A stretch of 62,328 bases of DNA. Source: a virus (lineage: Duplodnaviria > Caudoviricetes). Below the pieces are notes generated by a model. It searched no databases and was not told the origin of the DNA. It saw only the letters and a program-made list of their open reading frames with translations. The DNA lies in the IMG/VR virus record IMGVR_UViG_3300016478_000054, positions 1 through 62,328 of that record, one strand, 5' to 3'. The translations under genes were made by a program, and so were the position numbers. Of the stretch, positions 20,422 to 30,337 are shown in pieces (within the stretch, counting starts at the first letter, position 1; every line of letters begins with the position of its first letter).

Positions 20422-20462
20422 GCTCTGCTCCTTGTTTGCTGTAAGTTTATTATAGCACAGTA

Positions 20463-20660
20463 TCACTGATCGGCAAAGTATCGTTCAAGAATTTCTCGGG
20501 CATGGTCCTGACCAGTGTTGGTCAGGTGTTGGAGGCAGTCTTGTTGGATCAATTTAGCGAACCTTCTGTGAGCAGTGTCTAGGTAACCAAGTGCCAAGGT
20601 ATCCGAATGATACATCTTGATCCCAGCCTCTCTGGCTATCTCTCTAATTCGTTCGTTCAT
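20463..20660 (-). CDS. MNERI-family small protein
   Basis: MNERIREIAREAG..RRFAKLIQQDC. Confidence 0.6.
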   Translation of the reverse strand: MNERIREIAREAGIKMYHSDTLALGYLDTAHRRFAKLIQQDCLQHLTNTGQDHAREILERYFADQ

Positions 20661-20884
20661 TCTTCACCCCCAAAATATTGATTGATTGCTTGAGCAATAT
20701 CTGTCCTATAGTGGAACATCTTGCGACCAAATTCATCAATAATATAGCCATCGCTAAAGTGATTGGCGATGGCAGAACATTCGCTGATAATCAATTTAGC
20801 AAACTTTTCGTTGTCAAACCAAGCAGGTCCCCATTTATGATGTTCCCAACATTCATTGGCAAGCTCTTTAATTCGTTCGTTCAT
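20657..20884 (-). CDS. MNERI-family small protein
   Basis: MNERIKELA..EKFAKLIISEC..NQYFG; GAGG RBS. Confidence 0.6.
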   Translation of the reverse strand: MNERIKELANECWEHHKWGPAWFDNEKFAKLIISECSAIANHFSDGYIIDEFGRKMFHYRTDIAQAINQYFGGEE

Positions 20885-20885
20885 A

Positions 20886-21089
20886 TTAAACCTCCCCATA
20901 GTATTCTGCAACCATATACCAATCAGGCACTTCTTTCGAAGTATTGTATTTGGCATTGTAATCCGCAACATACTTGCGAGCTTCGGCTTCATTATCAAAG
21001 TAAAGAGTCTCATCCAACTTGCTGCCCCAACCTCGTTCAGATTCAATAATATCTACTCGGTATGCTACTTGCTTTTTGATCCTTGCCAT
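20886..21089 (-). CDS. Hypothetical early protein
   Basis: GAGG RBS; IESERGWG..PDWY motif. Confidence 0.55.
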   Translation of the reverse strand: MARIKKQVAYRVDIIESERGWGSKLDETLYFDNEAEARKYVADYNAKYNTSKEVPDWYMVAEYYGEV

Positions 21090-21287
21090 TTATTTTATCC
21101 TCAATGAGTTGCGATATGCAGAGCGACTACAAGAATACACAGTACGACTGCCAATCCATTCACAAACTTCCAAAAACCATTTTCAGAAGTAAGATAGCAG
21201 TAGGTGCTAATCGGGATCATACAGAGATTGAAGTAGACCATTTTAATTTTCCTTTGTCTTGGTTTGCATAACGCCATGAGAAGCGTA

Positions 21288-21482
21288 TTATAACACAAAT
21301 TTAGAAGTAACCATGTTTTCGATGACTCGATCCCATACTTCACTTTCAGTATCTGGCTTGAAGCCAACTAGGGTGCTGTCGTTGCCCTTCAGTGTAACTG
21401 TAGAACCGTCAACGTCGAACACGACATTATACTTTTCCATCAGAGATCGGAACTCGTTTGCGAAGTTGGTTTTAGTTGTCAT
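21288..21482 (-). CDS. Hypothetical early protein
   Basis: AAGGA RBS; extended -10 promoter upstream. Confidence 0.5.
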   Translation of the reverse strand: MTTKTNFANEFRSLMEKYNVVFDVDGSTVTLKGNDSTLVGFKPDTESEVWDRVIENMVTSKFVL

Positions 21483-21507
21483 TTTGTGTTCCTTTGTTGT
21501 AAATGTA

Positions 21508-21759
21508 TTACAGCACAGTTTCAGTAAACCACTCAACCGAAACCAGCACGCCATTCAGCGGAACTGTCTTGCGCTTCGCATGGCTGTAGAAATCCATTGC
21601 GCGATAGTGTCTCCAAAAGTCACCACAAGCGAAGTAAGCAGAAGCAGAGCCAACAATACTCAGCGCCAAAAAGTAATGATCATCCCAAGGACGCTTAGAG
21701 CGTTTCTCGATGTTATCATATTTGCGAAGAACTTCTGGATTAGCTGTGTATTTGTACAT
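21508..21759 (-). CDS. Hypothetical early protein
   Basis: ATG at 21759 with CAGG upstream; fits gene packing. Confidence 0.45.
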   Translation of the reverse strand: MYKYTANPEVLRKYDNIEKRSKRPWDDHYFLALSIVGSASAYFACGDFWRHYRAMDFYSHAKRKTVPLNGVLVSVEWFTETVL

Positions 21760-21796
21760 GACCTGTTTCTTTTGTAAGTGAATTTTAACACACATA

Positions 21797-21976
21797 TTAC
21801 CACAAGTCTGACGGTTCGTTCAACGTCATTTCTTTATAATCTTTCCATGTCCAAGACCAGCCACAACTATTATATTCCTGAACATCCTTCAAAGCAGCTT
21901 CTTCACTAGAATAGACAGAATCAACAGATACTCGATTCATATCATCGTGTCTTGTCACTACATAAATTTTAGTCAT
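21797..21976 (-). CDS. Small hypothetical protein (59 aa, not in ORF track)
   Basis: MTKIYVVTRHDD..VDSVYSSEEAA; overlaps the stop of the upstream gene. Confidence 0.5.
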   Translation of the reverse strand: MTKIYVVTRHDDMNRVSVDSVYSSEEAALKDVQEYNSCGWSWTWKDYKEMTLNEPSDLW

Positions 21977-22568
21977 TTTTGACTTTCAATCCTGCTTTGA
22001 TATAAGTTTGACGAAGATTTTCAATCTCTTTTAGGATTTGTTCATCAAATTCCCAATTAGGATCGAAACTAACATACCGAGAATAATGTTCTACTGCAAA
22101 ATCGATGTTACGCCTAGCAGCATCACTAATGAAACAACGACGAGTTTCATTATAATCGTATGCATTAAATTTTTCAATAAAGTCAAATACGTCTTTACAT
22201 TGTTTGATATTATATACCTTACCACGTTCTCGCTTGAAATGCTTTTCAGTCTCATTCAATGCATATTGTTCATAGTTATCTTCCCAACGAGAAACAAACC
22301 TGATTCGTGGTTCACCATTTACAACAGGAAATGAAATATCACCATCATCTACCAGAGCATGATGAATCACATGAAGAAGTGATGCAAATCCAGATGATGT
22401 TTCAAATACGTTTGCAAAATTTTCAGGTAGGAATCCATATTGATTTACATCAGTCTCAAGCAGCAAATTAGTGATTGCTCGCATTTCTTCACATTCATCA
22501 TTCAAGAAGTCTTGAATTTCTTTCATAGTATTCTGATGATTTTGTTCAATATTTTTTAGGCGTAACAT
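21969..22568 (-). CDS. Hypothetical protein (~200 aa)
   Basis: Long ORF; AAGGAG RBS 7 nt before ATG 22568. Confidence 0.6.
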   Translation of the reverse strand: MLRLKNIEQNHQNTMKEIQDFLNDECEEMRAITNLLLETDVNQYGFLPENFANVFETSSGFASLLHVIHHALVDDGDISFPVVNGEPRIRFVSRWEDNYEQYALNETEKHFKRERGKVYNIKQCKDVFDFIEKFNAYDYNETRRCFISDAARRNIDFAVEHYSRYVSFDPNWEFDEQILKEIENLRQTYIKAGLKVKND

Positions 22569-22570
22569 TT

Positions 22571-22747
22571 TCAAGCTCCTTCAACAATGATATCCATAAA
22601 ACCAAGTCGCACGATCCGAATCCTAGAGATGGTCATATCATCCTCTCGGATCATTTCCACAACAGAATCATTCCTCTCAAGAGTACGATATCCTTTCAGG
22701 ATGTAGTGTGCCCTAGCTTCAGCGATGGATGCAAAGTTGGTTTTCAT
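22571..22747 (-). CDS. Small hypothetical protein (58 aa, not in ORF track)
   Basis: MKTNFASIAEARAHY..; lies behind cassette copy 4. Confidence 0.5.
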   Translation of the reverse strand: MKTNFASIAEARAHYILKGYRTLERNDSVVEMIREDDMTISRIRIVRLGFMDIIVEGA

Positions 22748-22760
22748 AATATAAAGTGTT

Positions 22761-22788
22761 TGGTTGGTATGACTAGATTATAGCACAG
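22761..22788 (-). repeat. Promoter cassette copy 4 (promoter and leader only)
   Basis: CTGTGCTATAATCTAGTCATACCAACCA. Confidence 0.75.
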
Positions 22789-23083
22789 GACTAGATACGA
22801 TGGTATGTTCCTTGAAATTTTGTTCAAGATCACCAGATGCTATCCATGCTGGGGCAGATTTTGGATACCTAGAATCATCGGGAATCCATGCAATTTCTTC
22901 TGGATATCTAGAGTCATCCTGATCAATCTTCCAGCCATACCTAAAGAAATATGTCTGTCCATCAATTGCTTCACATTCTGGTTTGATTTTAAGACCGATT
23001 TTTCTACGGATTTTTACAGTAAATGCATGATACCAAAAACCTGAACAGTCTTTGAATAGTTCACTTGGGTTCCACTTTTCCAT
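22778..23083 (-). CDS. Hypothetical protein
   Basis: ORF fits minus-strand gene packing. Confidence 0.45.
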   Translation of the reverse strand: MEKWNPSELFKDCSGFWYHAFTVKIRRKIGLKIKPECEAIDGQTYFFRYGWKIDQDDSRYPEEIAWIPDDSRYPKSAPAWIASGDLEQNFKEHTIVSSPVL

Positions 23084-23243
23084 TGTCAATTACGATAAAG
23101 ACGTTCATTGCAAAACTGTTTGATCTGCCCTACCGGAACATTCTGATTTGCTTTAACACACCTTATGTAAGTACCATCAGATTCTCCAATCGTACCAATA
23201 ACAACACCAATGAAAAATATTATTACAACAATTAAAATTTGAG

Positions 23244-23606
23244 TCATTTTATATTCCTTCCGATTTCGGCGGCAACTTTAACAATAGCATAACAGAATGA
23301 AGATGCAACATTTTCTTTGTTGATCTTTACTTTCACATGATAGTGTTTGTAGTCATCCCATGACCAATTCTCAGCACATACAATTATTCCGCCCAGTTTT
23401 GGATGTCGATATACTTGTATGTTTAATTTCACCATGAGATCGAAAGCATCGGAATGATATACGAGTGGATTCCACAATATGCTTGTAAATCTATCACCAT
23501 ACCAACAATGTGTATCACCGGCAGCATCTACGGTAAACTCAATAGTATGCCCAGCCGCTTTCGCAGCCATTTCTAACATTTCATGTTCATTTGTCAAGTC
23601 CACCAT
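23244..23606 (-). CDS. Conserved phage protein (LEMAAKAAG..WNPL..AAEIG family)
   Basis: Recurrent small phage protein motif. Confidence 0.55.
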   Translation of the reverse strand: MVDLTNEHEMLEMAAKAAGHTIEFTVDAAGDTHCWYGDRFTSILWNPLVYHSDAFDLMVKLNIQVYRHPKLGGIIVCAENWSWDDYKHYHVKVKINKENVASSFCYAIVKVAAEIGRNIK

Positions 23607-23799
23607 ACACGCTTCCTTTCTGACCATATTCATTGCTATCTGTGCATTCTAACATATGATCAGATGCATGTGGACACCTTTTACAACCACATTTTGGACA
23701 TAGAATCATTAGAGACATGTTATATGGTAGCCAGCCATTAACAAGGACATCTTTATTACATTTGTGACACCAACAGCCAGTTTCTTTAGGATATTCCAT
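23587..23799 (-). CDS. Small Cys-rich zinc-binding protein
   Basis: CWCHKC..CPKCGCKRCPHA..H..C. Confidence 0.55.
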   Translation of the reverse strand: MEYPKETGCWCHKCNKDVLVNGWLPYNMSLMILCPKCGCKRCPHASDHMLECTDSNEYGQKGSVYGGLDK

Positions 23800-24187
23800 A
23801 CATTTTTTCCTGTAATTCAATTAACATCAGCCTAGCAGTTTCAACATCATAATTATTCAAGGCCATATGAACCCGTTCAAAATCTTGGCGGAATTCACCA
23901 AACACTGCTTCAACGATTTGACGTTTAACTCGATCAACTGCTGTATCTATATGATCAAGGTCAAGTGTTTTATTTACATGTACATGATCACTCAAAATTT
24001 TAGATTCCGGAATTGTTGCTGTGGCTTCAATTTTAACACCAATTCGATACTTATGACCAATTAAACAATCTTGATGTGAATATGATTTGACTTCAACTAA
24101 ATCTGTGAATAATGGAGAAAATCCTTGATTGATAATCACTCGATCTTTAGTATCGACATATTGTACTGCTTTAACTAATTGACTCAT
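23786..24187 (-). CDS. Hypothetical protein
   Basis: GGAG RBS, 133 aa. Confidence 0.55.
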   Translation of the reverse strand: MSQLVKAVQYVDTKDRVIINQGFSPLFTDLVEVKSYSHQDCLIGHKYRIGVKIEATATIPESKILSDHVHVNKTLDLDHIDTAVDRVKRQIVEAVFGEFRQDFERVHMALNNYDVETARLMLIELQEKMYGIS

Positions 24188-24585
24188 TCAACATCTCCAT
24201 TAAACGTAATATCAATCCTATTAGCCAGTTCGACCAAAACTGCTGCTTTTTCTGGATCAGATTTCAACTCATTATGATATTCTATCATTATTTTGTTTAT
24301 GTCAAAAAGAATATTATAAACGGTTTCTAAGTGATTGGTTTCTTCACGTTTCATTTACCTGTTACTCCAGCATAGATAAGTCGAATAAGACAAATCAGAA
24401 AAAATACACCAAAAGTAGCTAGTGGGAATTTCATAAATGCCACAATAATAAACGCTAGACCAAATGCTGCAATAGTACCGTACCTGCTACAACCAATGTG
24501 CATAATACAATAAAGAGAGAAGCATCACCAAATGCATTTCCTTTTGCTGCTGCCTTATCGATATTATCAAAAAACTTTTTCATCG

Positions 24586-24936
24586 TTACCAAGCCTCAAA
24601 ATAAACGTCATAACCATATTCAGAACACATCTGAAGCCATTCCTCAAAATCATGGATATGGTCTTTTCCTTCATTAACAATTTCTACTCCAATAGGTTCC
24701 CGTTCTTGGAAGTAGTCGTCATCTGCATATACTGGCTCTTCTCGATCAACTGAACATTTTCTAGTCATCACCCAATCTTTGTATGCCTGAATCTTATCAG
24801 AAGATTCCATAATCATTCGAGTGTCGAGAGTAGAAGTCTGCCATACCCGGTCAAATGCAATTCTCTGAACTTCATTTCTGTTAATTTTCGGAACAAAAAT
24901 ATCTCGCTCGGCATAGATATGAATATTAGTGCTCAT
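24586..24936 (-). CDS. Hypothetical protein
   Basis: ATG at 24936 (MSTNIHI) with AAGGA RBS. Confidence 0.55.
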   Translation of the reverse strand: MSTNIHIYAERDIFVPKINRNEVQRIAFDRVWQTSTLDTRMIMESSDKIQAYKDWVMTRKCSVDREEPVYADDDYFQEREPIGVEIVNEGKDHIHDFEEWLQMCSEYGYDVYFEAW

Positions 24937-25213
24937 TATTGAAATCCTTTTTGTTATGTCGTTTCCTAGCAGAAGAAGCGAAGCCCGAAATATTACCGCA
25001 TTTATCTTCCCAACGAAGAAGTGACCTAGCAGTAAACCCGATATCCAGTTTATTATAACAAACTGCTTCTTGGTTGAGTTCTCCATTTAGGAAAACTCTA
25101 ACATGATATTGTCCATTGATGTAGCGAACAGTTACTTCATGTTCGCAGTCATCAACGAGACAACGCTGAATTCCTAGAATCTGTATATAACGCTGTTTTT
25201 GTTTCATGATCAA
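24926..25213 (-). CDS. Hypothetical protein
   Basis: Fits gene packing. Confidence 0.5.
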   Translation of the reverse strand: MIMKQKQRYIQILGIQRCLVDDCEHEVTVRYINGQYHVRVFLNGELNQEAVCYNKLDIGFTARSLLRWEDKCGNISGFASSARKRHNKKDFNNEH

Positions 25214-25312
25214 TCCCTAGACATAAAATATAGAGCCATCATGAACATGAAAAACATTCCAATCAGGACACCAAAAAAGAAAGAATCAATATCAATATTC
25301 ATTTTATTTCTA

Positions 25313-25732
25313 TTAGATTTGCGAATATTTTTTCAGTGGTTTTACAAAAACATGACGAAAGTAACTAAGTTCACCACTAACATATGCCGAAATTGTGTCA
25401 TCTCCGCGAATCATTGCAGCAACAACACGATGATTTCCGTCAGAAACAGACATATCATAATATCCGAGTGAAGGACACCCAACATCAAGTTCAATCGGCG
25501 TGGTATCTCGATTTTTCACTAGAAATGCAATTCTGGCGGCATGATTATAATCAAAACCAAGAAGTTGAACCAGCATTCCATAAGACATAGTTTCAAATAT
25601 GTTATTTTCAATGCAATTCAAAACGTCTGCCATAGTGACTTTAGTACCCCAAATGTCAAATTCTTCAGTATCATCGGCAAGAAATTGAAAAGTTTCAAAC
25701 AGTTTTTTGACGGACACTTTCTTTGGTTTCAT
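25313..25732 (-). CDS. ParB/Srx-like N-terminal domain protein
   Basis: PI.LD..DGNHRVVAA..G..TI.A motif; GGAG RBS. Confidence 0.6.
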   Translation of the reverse strand: MKPKKVSVKKLFETFQFLADDTEEFDIWGTKVTMADVLNCIENNIFETMSYGMLVQLLGFDYNHAARIAFLVKNRDTTPIELDVGCPSLGYYDMSVSDGNHRVVAAMIRGDDTISAYVSGELSYFRHVFVKPLKKYSQI

Positions 25733-25759
25733 GATGAATCTCCGATTGATATGAATAGA

Positions 25760-25975
25760 TTATACCACAACTTTCACGAGTGCAGGGGCATATTTTGGCG
25801 CAAATTGATATGAGTCTTTATAACCAAACCAACAATGATCTTCGATATCAATTGCTCCAATCGAATGAGCAGAAATCAATCCACTAAGATACCCGATGTT
25901 ATAATCTGGATCAACAGAACACATTTCATTGTTCTTCACATCAGACAACTTTTTGATGATGTATTTGATAGTCAT
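25760..25975 (-). CDS. Hypothetical protein
   Basis: Fits gene packing. Confidence 0.4.
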   Translation of the reverse strand: MTIKYIIKKLSDVKNNEMCSVDPDYNIGYLSGLISAHSIGAIDIEDHCWFGYKDSYQFAPKYAPALVKVVV

Positions 25976-25977
25976 TT

Positions 25978-26256
25978 TTAGAAAAAACTAATATGCGCTT
26001 CCAAATCAAATCGAACAGTTTTATATTTTTCAGAAATTGAATCCAACAATTTCTGAAATTTCACCGCAGCATAAAAACCATCAGACTCCCATGCAATATA
26101 GACGGATTCTGTAATAATATCAATATTCCTATTGATCTGTGTTGATGTCACTGAATATTCTCCTCCTTTCCATTTTTCTTCGATATGTTTCTTGATAGAA
26201 AAATGATCGCTTATATGATGCGAAATCGTTCCTTCTGCTGTAGCCCAAGTTCCCAT
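25978..26256 (-). CDS. Hypothetical protein
   Basis: GGAG RBS before ATG 26256. Confidence 0.55.
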   Translation of the reverse strand: MGTWATAEGTISHHISDHFSIKKHIEEKWKGGEYSVTSTQINRNIDIITESVYIAWESDGFYAAVKFQKLLDSISEKYKTVRFDLEAHISFF

Positions 26257-26271
26257 TTTATTCTCCATGAT

Positions 26272-26319
26272 AAAAAGCACTGCTACTTTCTTCAGCAGCA
26301 GTGCCTATATTATACCTCA
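26272..26319 (-). promoter_or_regulatory. Extended -10 promoter fused to stem-loop and U-tract
   Basis: TGAGGTATAAT-atag-GCACTGCTGCT/AGTAGCAGTGC-TTTTT. Confidence 0.6.
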
Positions 26320-26678
26320 GTTTTCAGTGCTTGCTCAAGAGGCATCCAATCTTCTCCATGAATTGATACTTCCCAAGAACCTCCGTCAAACAAATAGTCA
26401 TAGTCTTGTTGTTCAAAACAAGAAAAGAAGTTTCCAACGTTTCCGTATGTCATGACATGAAGTTCTTCACCACGATCAACATAATATTCACAAGAATCAA
26501 TGTCTGTCCCAAGGAAAGACAAATCTCCCTTCAGCATCAGTTGTTCTGCCTTTTCGAGAGTGTCATAGTCATCAAAAAGAATCCTACCGACATGATCCAG
26601 ATACCCATCAAAATGACAGTAGATGCTAGAGACAGTTCCGTCTTTGTGAACAACAGAGATAGATGCAGAAGTGGACAT
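26310..26678 (-). CDS. Conserved phage protein (SIYCHxDGY family)
   Basis: MST...SIYCHFDGYL..VG..L..Y..GDLS.L; promoter TGTGATATAATCTAGTC upstream. Confidence 0.6.
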   Translation of the reverse strand: MSTSASISVVHKDGTVSSIYCHFDGYLDHVGRILFDDYDTLEKAEQLMLKGDLSFLGTDIDSCEYYVDRGEELHVMTYGNVGNFFSCFEQQDYDYLFDGGSWEVSIHGEDWMPLEQALKTEV

Positions 26679-26715
26679 TATTATGCTCCAGTGTGTTGAT
26701 GTAGACTAGATTATA

Positions 26716-26916
26716 TCACAGGTGAACGTCAAATTTTCGCAGAATTAGGTCTGAAAGCATCCTACCACCATAGGAAGGGTGTTCTTCACAGATTGCGGCG
26801 GCTTCGACCACAACTTGTTCTAGAAGGAACTCAATCTCCTTCATCGTTGCATCCATATTCAGCGGATCAATGTGAATTCCATTATCTTCAAAGATTTCTT
26901 TAAATTTTGATTTCAT
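26716..26916 (-). CDS. Small protein, divergent MNERI-like
   Basis: ..EQVVVEAAAIC..ILRKFDV. Confidence 0.5.
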   Translation of the reverse strand: MKSKFKEIFEDNGIHIDPLNMDATMKEIEFLLEQVVVEAAAICEEHPSYGGRMLSDLILRKFDVHL

Positions 26917-26917
26917 T

Positions 26918-27154
26918 TTAGATAACTCCTGTAGCTAGATATTTGTAAATAGATGCCAGAATTGTTGATAATAACATCACAGTATTGGTGATAATTAAGG
27001 CTGGCTCTTTCCACAAAATAGAAACATACAACCAAAATATTCCACCAACAAATAGAAGAATTCTACCGATATTAATATCACCTAGATTCAGGAATATAGT
27101 ACCGACTATCAATAACGTTGTTGCTATCCATTTTAGGATATTGTCATACGTCAT
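26918..27154 (-). CDS. Small membrane protein
   Basis: Three hydrophobic segments; KW.AT..W.E.ALI..N. Confidence 0.55.
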   Translation of the reverse strand: MTYDNILKWIATTLLIVGTIFLNLGDINIGRILLFVGGIFWLYVSILWKEPALIITNTVMLLSTILASIYKYLATGVI

Positions 27155-27239
27155 CTTCGATCCTTTGTTTTAGAAGATTATACACAGTAAATGCAGCATC
27201 ATTAATTTTAATTTTGTTGATGTGATTGAATTATAGCAC

Positions 27240-27443
27240 CTAACGACCTGTGCAGCCAGCATACAAGATTCGTACAAACAGTAGTGCGCCGATCACACTA
27301 AAAGTCTGTACGGTTGGGTTGAATATCACATACAGAGATACGAGACAAATGCCACCAAACAAAAATAATACCCACAGAAGAGACAGAAAGAAGCTGTTAT
27401 GAACAGCAACATCAATGTTCCTGATAAATTCACGCAGTTTCAT
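27240..27443 (-). CDS. Small membrane protein
   Basis: Two hydrophobic segments; GGAG RBS. Confidence 0.5.
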   Translation of the reverse strand: MKLREFIRNIDVAVHNSFFLSLLWVLFLFGGICLVSLYVIFNPTVQTFSVIGALLFVRILYAGCTGR

Positions 27444-27756
27444 GTTTAGGACTCCATAGTTTTGCAAACTTCAACACATTAGGAAGTTCTCCCTCGATAG
27501 GACAAACGACAGCACAGGACTTAATACCATCAAGAGTCTTATTCTCATGCCCAAGATGAACCATTGGAATTTCAGAGATTTTATTAAATTCCTTTTGATT
27601 GACCCGAACAACACATTTCTTGAATGAATTATTCAACCAATCCTGATACACAATGTCATCTTGGAATTTCAGATGTGCATTTAAGACGGAATGTGCAACA
27701 AGAGTTGGGACGATGAAATCAGGAACTTCATCTAGTACAGCAATATACATCTTCAT
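27430..27756 (-). CDS. Pth2-like peptidyl-tRNA hydrolase
   Basis: KMYIAV..LVAHSV..W...SFKKCVVRV pattern of the PTH2 fold. Confidence 0.55.
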   Translation of the reverse strand: MKMYIAVLDEVPDFIVPTLVAHSVLNAHLKFQDDIVYQDWLNNSFKKCVVRVNQKEFNKISEIPMVHLGHENKTLDGIKSCAVVCPIEGELPNVLKFAKLWSPKHETA

Positions 27757-28109
27757 TGTAAGTTTTTCTTTCGATAGTGAAGGTCAACACTTTCGGAATA
27801 ATAACCATTGGATTCGCCTAGCCAACGGATATCAACCCAACCACGAACAGTTGCAAATTTATAAAAAGTGAACGTAGCAGAATCATAGTCATCGGAGTTG
27901 TCGGAACAACTTTCTTCGGCAAATGTAATTGGGCTATCAACCAGATCACTCAAATCACCAGTGATATCCTCAATTCTAACATACTCACAACAATCCTGCT
28001 CATGATAGAAGGTGTAAACTTCTTCATCATTTTCGAAGATCAATTCTTCATATCCCGTTTGATAGACTTTGGTAAAAGTTTTACCGATCATCGACTTAAT
28101 ATCATTCAT
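27753..28109 (-). CDS. Conserved phage protein (HEQDCCE..SNGYYSE family)
   Basis: YHEQDCCEYV..GDL..AEE..TFYKFAT..GESNGYYSE. Confidence 0.6.
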   Translation of the reverse strand: MNDIKSMIGKTFTKVYQTGYEELIFENDEEVYTFYHEQDCCEYVRIEDITGDLSDLVDSPITFAEESCSDNSDDYDSATFTFYKFATVRGWVDIRWLGESNGYYSESVDLHYRKKNLQ

Positions 28110-28110
28110 T

Positions 28111-29500
28111 TTATTTCACCTTATAAAGATATACAAGATTGCGTTTGTCAAAAGTTTCTTCTAATACAGTGCTATCTTTCAACCAGAGCATTGCATGATA
28201 GTCATAATCAGAATTTCCATTTTCATCAGTAAATTTCTGATTTATAGGACTCCATGTGAAAGTCTTTCCAATAGCACTGTTATATGCCTTCTGGATCATT
28301 TTGTTAGGGAATTGATGTTGCTTAGTCATGATGATATTGTACCATATTTCTTATGAAGTTTCTTATAGAGTTTCATTTCTTCAGCTTGTTTTTTGTCGTC
28401 AGCTTTTTTCTTGTTGTTTGCTTTTCGTTTTTCATTTTCTAGACGATACAAGAGTTCTTCATCAGTCTCAAGTCGTTTACCATAAAGATAAATCTCAAAA
28501 GCACCATCATATCCATACGAATGGGTTTCAAGTTCCAATTCTTTAAATCCTTGGCCCATATAAAGTTTTTGAATACTTTCTAGATGCATAATAGCATTAT
28601 CAATACTAGAATCAAGTAATAGATGCTCATCAATATCGGCAATTTTTACTTTGATTAGTTTATGTTCTGTCATTTGTCTTTCCATATAAATACTCTGTTT
28701 CCGGTATAAGGGTCTTCTTTCCACATAATAATACCCTTTGTGACTGTTGATTCTTCCCATTCACCGATAGGAATTCCAGCAGATCGCAATTTCATACGAA
28801 CTATGAATTTTCTTTCTTCATCACTGCTCGTATTCATGAAATCAGAAGGAGTAATGATTACTCGAATTTCGCTAGTCATTTTTCTCTCGAATTTCTTTAA
28901 TCAAATCTCTAGCATCTTCCCACTCAGGCTTCCCGTTATCCCAATACATTAGGTCTTCGATCGCATCGATAAGTTGAAGAACTTGCAACTTATGTTTCTT
29001 GCGTTCTTGTTCAAGTTCGTCTGCATATCTCCACGCTTCGGTTTCTGATTGATGAAGACGACGTAATTCGACGGCTGCTTGTACTTCAATTTCAGAAGCC
29101 ATATACACGTCAAGAGCATCTGCTAGTCGCAAAGCTTCTGGGTGACTCTTCATTAATTTACTCTCGTTTTTATCAGTCTTCAGATAAAATTGTTTTTCTG
29201 ATTCACAATATGGAGAAAGACAAGGACCGTCCTTGCCGCAAATACCATTCTCTTTATGTTTACATGCCATGATTATACATCATCCTTAACCGGAACCCAA
29301 CCAAAATGTTTAGCAAATTCTGTTACTTCTTGTTCAGACATACGAGAAACAAAAAAGCTAACCATTTCTGAAAGTGTCTCTACTTTAGCAGAAAGCGTCT
29401 CTAGTTCACCTTTACGAAACTCTTCACGTATAATTGCGTCTGTAATAGTATATTCCGTTTCATAATAACTACTATATGACCATTGTTTTTGAAATTTCAT
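28111..29500 (-). other. Run of five small hypothetical CDS (28111-28329, 28326-28673, 28670-28879, 28872-29270, 29273-29500)
   Basis: Tightly packed or overlapping minus-strand ORFs. Confidence 0.5.
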
Positions 29501-29510
29501 ATAAATTTAC

Positions 29511-29990
29511 TCAATATTTGTGTTTTTCAATTTCAGTTTGTGCAATTTTTCGATAAAAATCACGAACTCCATTTGATCCATAATCGACTGCCAGTTCTCT
29601 CGAATGAGAATCCCAATTATAGATTTTAACCAAAGCTTTCAACAAAGAGTCTCTTTGCTCAATCAATTTAATTCGTTCAAGATTATATTGATTTGGTGTG
29701 AGAAGATAACCAAAAACATTTTTCCATTCTTGAAGTTCAGCATATAATTTCTGTGATGTTGGATTTAATTCTTCAATACAACTAACTATCTGTGAACCCC
29801 AAAATAGACTGGAATCATTCAGTTTAAAAAATTCAATATACTTCCCTTGAATGTATTCTTCGACAAGTTTTGTGAATTCCTCCAGTTCAAATTCATCAAT
29901 CTCATCTTCCAAAACCCCGGAAAATTGAGCAGGAGTAAAATTCATGCCAGCTTGTTTAGCTAGTTTCATAATAATTTCTTTGTCAATCAT
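29511..29990 (-). CDS. MNERI-like N-terminal domain protein with extension
   Basis: IMKLAKQAG..LEEFTKLV. Confidence 0.5.
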   Translation of the reverse strand: MIDKEIIMKLAKQAGMNFTPAQFSGVLEDEIDEFELEEFTKLVEEYIQGKYIEFFKLNDSSLFWGSQIVSCIEELNPTSQKLYAELQEWKNVFGYLLTPNQYNLERIKLIEQRDSLLKALVKIYNWDSHSRELAVDYGSNGVRDFYRKIAQTEIEKHKY

Positions 29991-30247
29991 TTTTGGCTCC
30001 TAAAATTGTCAATATCATATTCAAATAGAATACTATTCGCACAGCATTCACCATCATCACTTGTCTGATATGCAGTCATAGCACAATCTTCAGCAACCAG
30101 CCTTGCAAATTGAATGAACACGCCATGCATACTCCTTAACAGTTCTTCAGAAACTTTGTTCGGTTTCCATTCACCATAAACATCGAGAGCATCTAGCTCG
30201 TATGCTTTCCTTGCAAATTCTTTAATTTTATGATTCAGATCAATCAT
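29987..30247 (-). CDS. MNERI-family small protein
   Basis: LNHKIKEFARKA..QFARLVAEDC; GAGG RBS. Confidence 0.55.
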   Translation of the reverse strand: MIDLNHKIKEFARKAYELDALDVYGEWKPNKVSEELLRSMHGVFIQFARLVAEDCAMTAYQTSDDGECCANSILFEYDIDNFRSQK

Positions 30248-30337
30248 TTAAATTCCTCAAGTAACGATAGTTTGGGCAAGCCTCACATGGTTGCATTGGA
30301 CTTTCTAAAGCACACTCTTCACATGTCATCCAGTATA

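Noticed and set aside
18991-22788. CRISPR-like or DGR-type repeats
   Set aside because: Repeats are hundreds of nt apart, separated by ORFs, and contain promoter and RBS; no cas or reverse transcriptase, and no adenine-specific variation noticed in fibre repeats
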